Source of the DNA: Felis catus
Lineage: Eukaryota
NCBI RefSeq assembly: GCF_018350175.1
Contig: NC_058373.1
Span: forward strand, 103,604,001 to 103,668,000
DNA: 64,000 bases
Direction of reading: 5' to 3'
Below are positions 53,490 to 64,000 of the stretch, piece by piece; position 1 is the first letter of the stretch, and each line of letters opens with the position of its first letter. Position numbers and translations under genes: made by a program. The notes under the pieces are model-generated. The model had not been told where the DNA came from, did no database searches, and was given only the letters and a program-made list of their open reading frames with translations.

Positions 53490-53659
53490 GTAGAAAGATT
53501 CTGGATGCAGAGCAACGCTGTGGTGGCCGTGCTCGCTGGCGTCGGCTTGGCCGCGCTAGTTTCTGAGAGCAACCGAGTGCTGAACACCAGTGGGCTTCAG
53601 TGTCTGGAGTGGCTTTCAGCAACGCTTTTTATAATGTACCAAATATATTCTAATTTCAG
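53490..53659 (+). CDS. TMEM260: TMEM260 exon 10 ([12 protein letters not shown]...YQIYSNF)
   Basis: tctcttgcacag acceptor, CAG|GTAACA donor; ERFW motif. Confidence 0.96.
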
Positions 53660-53969
53660 GTAACACATGCTTCATTTTATGAAAAGTCTCACCCAAACAA
53701 GAGATGTTTGGATGTTTAGATCCTCGGACTTTGTTGCACCTGTAACCTCCACTGGTTTTCAGAGTGAGACGGCTTGGTCTGGATGCGGTGCTTCTGCCTG
53801 AACAGAATCTCAGCCTGACTGATGCGTAGTTTCAGGGCGTTGCCAGCAAGGCTTTGGGTGGCACATATCAACCAGTTGTATATTTTCCTCCCCCCCAAGG
53901 AGCCCTAGAGAGACTTTGTAGGATCTGGAGGATGCGTCCGTGATGTGTCCATGATCTAAAATACCACTT

Positions 53970-54189
53970 GGGGGCGCCTGGGTGGCTCAGTCGGTTAAGC
54001 GTCCGACTTCAGCTCAGGTCACGATCTCGCGGTCCGTGGGTTCGAGCCCCGCGTCGGGCTCTGGGCCGATGGCTCAGAGCCTAGAGCCTGCTTCCGATTC
54101 TGTGTCTCCCTCTCTCTCTGCCCCTCCCCCGTTCATGCTCTCTCTCTGTCTCAAAAATAAATAAACGTTAAAATTTTTTTTTTTTTTTT
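53970..54189 (+). mobile_element. SINEC_Fc-type SINE with T-rich tail
   Basis: TSD aaataccacttgg. Confidence 0.94.
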
Positions 54190-54563
54190 AAATACCACTT
54201 GGATGGAGAGGAAAGGCATTTGGGCCTTTTTGTATGCCCTGAAATAATTCCCTTTATCCTTCAAAGACTTCATCTTTTGAGTAACACCTGGCCCTTTTCT
54301 AGTTCACTCCATAGCAGTGAATATTAATTATTTTGAAATCATTGAAGTTCTAAAAGTTTCTTCATTCTTATGCATTAGTATTATATGTACTTTTAAAAAT
54401 CTGTTTGATAACGATGCCAATGAAAACCTCAGTCTAACATAAGAGACGTCCACGTTTTAGATGATAGTTCATTTATTTCCATCAGCGTTGAGTAAACGTT
54501 ACAGAGGTGGAAAGAGTCCACTGGAGTTTCATGATAGTGAGATTTGATTGGTATTGAAAAAAG

Positions 54564-54774
54564 TTTTTTTATTAATGTTTATTTATTTCTGAGAGAGAGA
54601 CAGAGACAGCATGAGCTGGGGAGGCCTGAGAGAGAGGGAGACACAGAATCTGAAGCAGGCTCCAGGCTCTGAGCTGTCTGCACAAAGCCTGACATGGGGC
54701 TCAAACCCACGAACCACGAGATCATGACCTGAGCTGAAGTCGGACGCTTAACCGACTGAGCCACCCAGGTGCAC
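54564..54774 (-). mobile_element. Can-SINE
   Basis: TSD tgattggtatt. Confidence 0.9.
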
Positions 54775-54803
54775 TGATTGGTATTTTAAAAGGTTAAATT
54801 TCT

Positions 54804-54975
54804 GGGGCACCTGGTGGCTCAGGCTGTGAGATCGAGCCCTGCGTGGGACTCTGTGCTGGGGGGGTGGTGCCTGCATAAGATTCTTTCTCCCTCTCCCTCT
54901 GCTACTCATGTGCCTGCTCTCTCATAAATACATACATACATATATACATGCATATATACTTAAAGCCTTTAAAAA
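54804..54975 (+). mobile_element. internally deleted Can-SINE
   Basis: ggggcacctggtggctcag head; TSD taaaaggtta. Confidence 0.8.
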
Positions 54976-56129
54976 ACAATGATTAAAAGGTTAGATGTCC
55001 CCTTTCAACTTAACTTTAAAAACTGATGTTCTTTATAATACCAGGGTAGAGCCAGTGTTGGGAAGGCTGCTTCACAGGAGGTCTGGTGGGAAGGGGACGT
55101 GTGTCCCAGGCACAACTCCATAGCTAGCTTAACAGGGGTCTGCAAAGCCCACATGTTTCCCACGTTTGTTTTATCCCAATCTCCTCCTGACTCGGGTCTT
55201 TAGGGCAATCCAGGTTCGACATCAGGGATGCTTGTACAAGGCTGGGTTATTGTATTTTGTTTTGATTCTTGTATTTGTCCCAGGGGAATAGAATAGATAG
55301 CAACTTCACTAGGTGGCAAAATGTGAGGCATCACCCTGCGAAGTAGGGAATCCTAGCAGGAAGCAGTTGCAGCAGTTTCAAAGGCAAGGGTTAATATTTT
55401 GTTCCTAGCAGTGTTCATTTGCTTTGTGACGCTAGCCCAGTGATTCAACTTTAGGCTGTGTGTCTCCAAACCATTAAATGTAACAGACCTGATAATAACA
55501 GGCAGGACATTGCTTGTTCCGTGTTTTGATGCATTTACTCTCTTGTAGTCTATTTCTTTTTTCATGGGAAGCTCTCAGAATTCATGCCAGTTTTCTTTGA
55601 AGTTAGAAAGTCCACTCCGTCACTGAAAAGAGTTGTACCGCTGTTGTTGGCAATAGCAAGAAATGCCTGGAGAGAAGTAAACAACTCAACCAGCTGTTCC
55701 TTCCCTTCCTTCTTGTTGGTGTCATTCCCTAATGAGTTAGTTCTCAGTCTAGAAAGGAGAGAAAAGACTATGGTGCTGGGGAAGTGGTGAAAAGGATCAA
55801 CCTTGCATGCAAGAGAGTCAGACCAATGTCATACAAAGTTATGCCAGAAATTGGTAGATTTCCTTTTAGTTTCTGAAAAGTCCTTTGGTCTAAATGAAGT
55901 TGACATGACATTACCTTGAATTCCAAGTGAAATCAGAAGACTTACTTCTTTTTAGTGAAATTGGGTGTGTTTTTAGGGGGGAAAAAGGACTTATTTCTAA
56001 GCACTAACTGATTCCCTTTTTATAGAAATGATAAATTCCAGAAGTAAAGCAGTCCACTGATTTTTGTTTAATTGCACAATCAGTTTTCTTTCAGATGATA
56101 GTGTTCTTTTTTCAAATATATTTATCTTC

Positions 56130-56357
56130 TTTTTTTTTTTAATTTTTTTTTCAACGTTTTTTATTTATTTTTGGGACAGAGAGAGACAGAGCATGAACGG
56201 GGGAGGGGCAGAGAGAGAGGGAGACACAGAATTGGAAACAGGCTCCAGGCTCTGAGCCATCAGCCCAGAGCCCGACGCGGGGCTCGAACTCACAGACCGC
56301 GAGATCGTGACCTGGCTGAAGTCGGACACTTAACCGACTGCGCCACCCAGGCGCCCC
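56130..56357 (-). mobile_element. young SINEC_Fc
   Basis: perfect TSD tatatttatcttctt. Confidence 0.95.
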
Positions 56358-56489
56358 TATATTTATCTTCTTAAAAGATGTAAATTAGAATACTTTGAAA
56401 CACTACATGTAGAGTGCGTGATGGGAAAAGAATGGTGCAGAAAATAAATTCAGTCTTGTTCAAACTGTAGCCGTATGTTGCTATTTTAA

Positions 56490-56693
<204 letters not shown>

Positions 56694-56882
56694 TGAAAAA
56701 TATACTTAGAATAGAGTAACAGTAATCGCTTTAAAGCAAATATTTTTTAAACTATTTTTTAACAGTGGATGGGTACAGTTTTCATGAAAACTCTTAGATA
56801 GAATATACATCATGTTCTTTTGTTTATTTTAACTAATGTATAAGCCATATGAATTGGTTCCTTCTCACCTAACAGAATGTTT

Positions 56883-57098
56883 GGGGGCGCCTGGGTGGCT
56901 CAGTCAGTTAAGTGTCCAACTTTGGCTCAGGTCATGATCTCACCACTTGTGAGTTTGAGCCCCACATCGGGCTCTGTGCTGACAGCTCAGAGCCTGGAGC
57001 CTGCTTTGGATTCTGTCTCCCTCTCTCTCTGCCCATCTCCTGCTCACACTCTGTCTCTGTCTCTCTCTCTCAAAAGTAAATAAATATTTAAAAAAAAC
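56883..57098 (+). mobile_element. Can-SINE
   Basis: ggggcgcctgggtggctcag head; TSD gaatgttt. Confidence 0.92.
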
Positions 57099-57799
57099 TT
57101 TTCTAAACTGAATGTTTTAAGAATTAATGTTTTTCATGGTAGAATCAAATAATACATTTGGCCAACACAGCCATTCAAATTAACACTGCCCACTGGTCCA
57201 GAGGTTAAAATATTTTAGGTTGAACATAAAATAAGTCATACTGCAGGTAAGTAAACATTTCATTCTAAGTAGACATTATTAACCCCAATTCTGCTATAGA
57301 ATTTTGAGTAAACTTTGTTGGTCTTGTGACAAAAATACGTTTGGAGAGGACTTGTGAAAATTTCCAGGTCTATTAAAACAATCTTCCGGAACTGAAGAAA
57401 TATATTTAAACTATAAGATTTCTAATTTAAACCATAAATACCTAAAAGGGGAACAAGTCTATCTCTGGTGTTTTTAGAGCAGTCATCAGGGAGAGAGAAT
57501 TCCTAATCTTTATACTAATCTTAATACTATGATTAGTTTGATTGAGCAAATTAGTAGGCACAATACTTAATAAATTTTGTTGAATTAATGAATAATTGGA
57601 ATTTTTTGGAGAAAACTGGATAAGCAGATTTGCAAATATGGGGAAACTTGCAAATTACACATTTTTTTGTAAGCAGTTTGCTTTTATATCAGGTACACAA
57701 ATTGATTAATTTGATCTTCAACCAAGCTTCTGACAAAAGCGAGGTTATTAGTTGATAATGTGGTATCCCACCATGATTTTAAAATACTGTTTAGGACGG

Positions 57800-58580
57800 C
57801 AGTCACTATCGTTGAAAAGCATGGATTTCAAAGTTAATTAGACCTAAATTCAAGTCCTCATTCTGTCACTTCCAGGATGTGTGACATGGGGCTAATGATT
57901 TTTCCTCTCAGAGCTTCTGTCTCCTGATCTATAAAATGGAAATGATCATCATTTAAGTTAGGATGCTTTTGAATGCAAGAAACAAAATACCCAAGAGTAG
58001 CTTAAACTATAGAGTGTTTAATCTCCCGTAAGAAGTAGTCTGAAGATAGGAGGTTTTAGGATGGATAATACAAGCAGTTCAAGTGATGTCAGTGTTCCAG
58101 GCCCACTTTTCTACATCCATCTTGAACTGATGAATGTCCAGTTCCAAGCATCACATCCTAAAAGGAAGCAAAGTGCCTCTCCTCCTGTCTCCTCCCCTCC
58201 TCTTTCTCTCTCTCTGTCCCCCGTCCCCTGCCCCCCACCAACCTCCTATCTCTCTTCCCCTCTCTGTTGAGAGTAACATGTGCCCCAGAAGCCCCTAGCA
58301 GACCACCCCGAGGGCCCCCCTCTAATCAGTATTGGGTCATATGCTAATTCCTAAACTCCTTGCTGGCAAAAGGGAAAGACTAGACCCAAGCATGGAGCTG
58401 CCCTGGACTACCAGGTCAAAGTCAGGATTGTGTCAGTGAGGAAGAAGAGGGTATTAGCTGTTGAGTAGGCACCCAGCAGTGTCTAATGTGATTACTATGC
58501 AATAAGGTTACTATGAGAATTAAATGAGAAATATTAAGGTTGTAGCATATAGAAGGTGTTGAATTAATGTTAATATCCCT
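57800..58580. mobile_element. MIR interrupted by an MLT1-like LTR (~57955-58490)
   Basis: MIR core tgtgtgacatgggg...tctataaaatgga resumes as tgagaattaaatgaga after LTR-type aggatgcttttgaatgcaag. Confidence 0.6.
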
Positions 58581-59669
58581 AAGAACTGAAACTATTGGGT
58601 CATAAGATCTAATTCAATCAGTATGTTTGAGTATTTACAATGTACACCTAGATTAAAATTAATTTGTCATCTCTAGTTAAATTACTTATATAAAGCAAGT
58701 AACACATAAGCATAATTGCTCAAAAGGTGATATCTAAACGATAACAAAGCTTTGAAGGTATAAATGGGAGTCTTTTCTTTAAAAAAAAAAAAAAGTAAAT
58801 CTGTACATATGAAAGTATAGATAAGGATATACTAAGAATAGAATTAAGAAATAATGATTTTTCCTGATATTGATGATTTTTTTTAATCAAAAGACCATGT
58901 GAGAATATACAATTTGGACATACTGATACATTCAGATAATTTTTCTCTTTGAGGTCTAGATTGTCATACGTTGAGCTTCTCAAGGGCAGGGATTTTATCT
59001 TCTTCATTGTAGGTGGGCAGTACTTGTTTCTGGAGTAAATGGATGAACAAAAGAGTCGAGTAATGACACATCTCTGTATCTTGCCCAGGTTGTCTAGCCT
59101 GGCCACCAAAGACCTTCCAACTTCAGCAAACATAATCTGAGAACCATTCAATGCCAGGCACTGTGCTAGGTGCAGAGGCACAAAGATGAAAACATACAGT
59201 CCCTTCCCTCGAGAAGCTCACAGTCTAGTGAGTAGTGTAAGAGCTGTGACAGAGGTAGGTACAAGGTGCTATAGGAGCCTATCATTCTGCGGTGGAACCT
59301 GGGGAGGGCATCATGGATGAAGTGATACTTAAGCTTGGTCTGAAAGTTGGGCACACATTCTCTAGGTGTGAGACGGGGGAAGGTCATTCTGGCCAGTGCG
59401 TCCGTCAAGTGCCTGCAGGTAAGATCAAACTAAGTGCTTAGGTTACCAATAGTAGGCGCAGCTTAAGAAATGAAATCCAAGGTTAAAGTCATTTAGAGGA
59501 GTAGTCAGTGGCGAATACCTCGGTTGTGCTTGTTCATATTTTTCAATCATGTTAATATTTAATGAGTATAATACCCACATTTTAGAACTTTTTCATTGTA
59601 CTTGGTCAACTTGATTCTTTTTTAAGAAGTATATCAAAAATGTGACATCACTTATTATTTTTCTGATAG

Positions 59670-59819
<150 letters not shown>

Positions 59820-60679
59820 TAAGCATTCTTTTCATATAATAGCTTTTCTAAAATCTTAAGCTTTTCTAAAATTGTTTATGTAGCAGCTGTGCCTCATCCA
59901 AAAGACCAATTTTCTACACCTATTTCCCTGTCACCGGTGAGATTATCTTTGTAATTAAATTGAATATCTGTGCATAAATGAGGCCAGGCAGAAATAAATG
60001 TTATTGTTCTGGGTAAAGGAAAAATAAGGACAGATTAACAAGAATAGCAAATAAGATCTTAGTATAATTCAGAGAAATTGGAGATGTGCCTGTCTACTTG
60101 AAATCATTGCAGGTGGATCTCAAGCAATTATAGTTCCCCCCGATCAACACCATGGCCCCCTTTTAAGTGTAAAGCAAATTTTTTCCAGGAATAATCACTA
60201 TATAAAAATAGCTTAAGGATTTTTCTAATAAAGGATAAGGCATTTCTGTAAATAAGAAAAACACCTACAGTTATGCTGGCTGAGATAACATATGAGAACT
60301 GTGAATTCTAGACTTAAGAACGTAAAATTATTCATAGTTAAGGTCAAGAATAAATAACTCCTTCAGTGGTAGAGTGTTGAACATTTTTCCTATCCATGAA
60401 ATGCTTGAGATTGTCCAGAGTGTGAAGAAGAAAACGTATTTCATAATTTCTATTCTCTTACAAAGGGGATTTAAGAAATTCTTTCTAAATTCCCAAGTTA
60501 AATTATCCCTTACTAAGAATTTGATAACATGGTACTTTTGGTGTTCAGAACCTGAAGTTTACTGTGGCTAATGAAGTGATAAATAATGAGTATAAATGTT
60601 CTGTGAGAGTAATTTTAATTGTTCTATTTTTGAATAAGATATTAAGAGCCATTAACATCCCTAAATGGACATTTTTTTG

Positions 60680-61370
60680 GTTAATTTTATTTAATTCAAC
60701 CCCACAAACATTATTGACTCTACTATGCTCCAGCCTATGTTAGGCCTTGGCAATAAAGTGAGACTCAGTTCCAAGTTTAAGTAGACCACAATCTTGTTGT
60801 ATATACACATAGATATGAGTATAACTGGCTATAATATAATGGGGTAAGTTCTCTACTATGCTAGCCGAGCTTTGTGAAGTGTGAGACCCAGTCAATGTTC
60901 AATATGTGTTTACCGAGGATGATTTAACTGGGAGCATGGGTGAAGAAGCAATTAATTCTGCCTGGAGGCATTCATTCAGCATTTATTTAATAAATAATTG
61001 ACTCTCCAAAATGACCCAACAACTACATAAGCTACAGATGCATGGGCATGACCCCTGCTGTTGCAGTCTTTTGGAGAGGGTTTCAGGTGGTGCTGTAAAT
61101 ATGAAGCAGATAAATTACATTGTCATCTGGTAAGCATGGAAGTGTCAGTATGGACAAAATGTTGGAGATTTAAAGACTAAGTAGGAATTTGCCAAGTGGG
61201 TAGGAGAAGGCCGATTCACGGGAAGTGCATGTGCAAAGTCATGGGGAGGGCCTGCTGAGCCCTGGGGAAACTGGGAGTGGTCCAGTAAGCTTGGAGCACG
61301 GGCTTAAAGGGCTAGGTGAAGAGATGAGTGGGGAGGCACGGGGAGGCCCAGATTGTGAAAGGCATTACCC
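60680..61370. mobile_element. L2 relics
   Basis: ttattgactctactatg, cattcattcagcatttattt, gagtggtccagt..gcttggag motifs. Confidence 0.5.
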
Positions 61371-61901
61371 CATTGGCCATTGGCATGAATGAGGCATGTC
61401 CCTGTTACAGAAATACTCTATGCTCCATGTGGAAATTCTAAAAAACACAGGCAAATAAATATAAAGAAGATCAATACTATCTGTCTTTAAGATATCCACT
61501 GATAACATCTTGGTAAGCTTTTCGGAATTTCATTCATTTTTAACATCAATTATTTACTTCTACAAACACATATACACTCTCACAAACTCCTACAATACTA
61601 GCTGAGATAATAGTTTTCTGTTCAGTTTTTTCACCTAATACCATATCATAAGCATTTCCCCCATGTACTCAGAAAAATGCTTTTATTACCATCATTTCTT
61701 GACTGTTTAATATTCTCATGTAGATGCATGATAACAAATATTCTATTTTTGGACATTTTTGTGAAGTCTAGAAGACTTTGACTATTATAATATAGCATGG
61801 TGATAAACTTTCTGGCCCATAAATTTTTGTTAATATTTTTGATTAACCAAGGCCTCAAGGTAAATATTGCTTATTGGTATCAGTTTTTAAAATAAAATTT
61901 T

Positions 61902-62128
61902 GGGGGCGTCTGGGTGGCTCAGTCAGTTGAGCATCCGACTTCGGCTCAGGTCATGATCTCGCAGTCTGTGACTTCGACCCCGCGTTGGGCTCTGTGCTGA
62001 CAGCTCAGAGCCTGGAGCCTGCTTCGGATTCTGTGTCTCCCTGTCTCTCTCTGCCCCTCCCCTGCTCATGCTCTGTCTCTCTCTCTCTCTCTCTGTCAAA
62101 AATAAATAAACATTAAAAAAATTTTTTT
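61902..62128 (+). mobile_element. Can-SINE
   Basis: TSD ttttaaataaaattttt-like. Confidence 0.92.
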
Positions 62129-62180
62129 AAATAAAATTTTTAGTTTATTGTTAGCCTTGTTCATTATAGAATAGAATAGA

Positions 62181-62269
62181 ATCCGACGTGGGGCTCGAAC
62201 TCGCAAACTGTGAGGTCATGACCTGAGCCGAAGTCGGACGCCCAACTGACTGAGTCACCCAAGCACCCC
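62181..62269 (-). mobile_element. Can-SINE 5' half only
   Basis: ggggctcgaactcgcaaactgtgaggtcatgacctgagccgaagtcgg...cacccc with no CT tract or tail. Confidence 0.88.
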
Positions 62270-62769
62270 AAGAAAAAAATTTTTTAACTAGAAAAAATAT
62301 GGTTCTATTACACATATACAAATAAATAAAAAATTTTACGAAGTTGAAAGCATAATGTGGAAGAATCCTGTCTTTCCATTGAATATCATGAAGCCATTTT
62401 TTAATGTTTTTACAAACTATTCTTAGTAGGTACATGTACTATATTTTAATAATAAGAGGGGAAAGGAACTATGAGTAGATAGTTAATAGAATATCTTAAT
62501 GTTTAACTATCATAAAATTATATACTACAACAAATGACTTTGTGTATATAGTTTTCTTTGGAGGGGATAGAAGTTTGAATTCTTAGAATAGATTCTCAGA
62601 AGTGAAATTACTAAGTCAAAGTACATGAACAATTGTAAGGCACTTGATAGAGATTTTTTCCCCCAAAGCATTGAGCCATCAGCATCACACGAAAGCTTTC
62701 TAAATGGGCACTTTTTAAAAGGAACAAAGCTAATATTATTGAACACTTACTATTTTATTTTTAAGATGC

Positions 62770-64000
62770 AGTCATTTTTTTTATGTATAGTTCTATGAAT
62801 TTTAACACATGTATACATTGATATAACTCCCACAACAATTAGGATACAGAACAGATCCATGTGGGATACATGGATAACCCCCACAACAATCAGGATAGAG
62901 AACAGTTCCTTTTCATTGCTGAGTAGTATTCCATTCTATAGATGTTCCTGTTTGTTTATCAGTTCACCTGTTGAAGGACATTTGGATTGTCAGGTTGGGG
63001 ACTGAGCTGCTGTAAACATTCATGGACAGGTTTGTGTGTGAACATGAGTGGGATGATTGGGTTGTTTGTTTTCTTAACTATTGAGTTTTAAGAATTCTTT
63101 CTGTATGGTAGGTACAAATCTTCAGCAAATATGTGATTCATAAATTTTGTAGCTTGACTTTTATTCTTTTTTGAAGTGGCTTTTGCAGATAAATTTTTTA
63201 TTTTGATGACATCCAATTATCATTTTTTTTCTTTTATGGATCATACTCTTTGGTGTCGTATCCAAGAACTCTTTGCCCGGTGTCAGGTCACAAAGATTTT
63301 CACGTGTTTTCTTCTAGGAGTTTAATAGTTTTATCTTTTACATTTCATATCAGTGATCCACTTTGAGTTACTTTTTGTAAGGGGGCAAGGGATTAAGACA
63401 AGGTTCTTGGGGATTCTTTGTTGTTGTTTTGTTTTTGGGTATAAATGTCAAGTTGTCCTAATATTTGTTGAAAACATCCTTTCTTCATTAAATGGCATTT
63501 TCATCTTTGTATCTACAAAAGAAAAAACTCTTTTGGGTTTTTAATTGGGTTTTAATTTGAGTAGTGTTTTCATGTTCTATCTTTTTTATTCTTTTGTTCT
63601 TAACCACCCATATCATAGTTAAAGTGGGTTTCTTGTAGACAGCATATATCTGGGTCTTGTTTTATTTTCCATTCTGACAATGTCTATCTTTTCATTGGTG
63701 TATTTAGACCATTTGCATTTCATGAAAATATTGACGTATTTAGATGTATGTCTACCATTTCATTATTTGCTCTCAGTTTGTTCCCTCTGTTTCTCAGTCC
63801 ACTGCTTCCCTTTTCCTGTCATATTTTGGAAATTTTGATTTTTTTAGTATTCCATTTTAAATTATTGAGTTGTTTGCTATGTCTCTTGGTAAATTTTTTT
63901 TTTTTTTTTTTTTTACCAGTTGATCTTGAGAATCACAGTATACATACTTAACTTTTCACAGTCTACTTAGGATTAATATTTTGCTACTTCGAGTGGCATA
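62770..64000 (-). mobile_element. ancient L1 (L1MC/MD-like) fragments
   Basis: ttgctgagtagtattccatt, ttgaaggacatttgg, gtttcttgtagacagcatata. Confidence 0.7.

Overview
Mammalian genomic DNA from a felid, judged by many near-consensus SINEC_Fc-type Can-SINEs and carnivore L1 3' UTRs. The window holds the CpG-island promoter and the first 12 coding exons (+ strand) of TMEM260, a GT-C-fold protein O-mannosyltransferase. The exons splice into an uninterrupted 1547-nt frame (515 codons plus 2 nt) with GT-AG boundaries throughout, and the gene continues past the right edge. The rest is intronic or upstream sequence with about 32 Can-SINEs, several antisense L1 pieces, MaLR/ERVL LTRs, hAT fossils, L2/MIR relics and microsatellites. 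I found no convincing new gene or biological system. The best leads are: (i) a young-TE-poor part of introns 2-3 with OTX/TCF/OCT/SOX motif clusters, possibly long-range enhancers of neighbouring OTX2; (ii) a second ATG whose frame would join the TMEM260 frame if the 32-nt exon 2 were skipped; (iii) inverted SINE pairs tightly flanking exons; (iv) an L1 with an in-frame ORF1-ORF2 fusion across a microsatellite. Exon coordinates were read base by base. Repeat boundaries and subfamily names are approximate and recognised from memory, not from a search.
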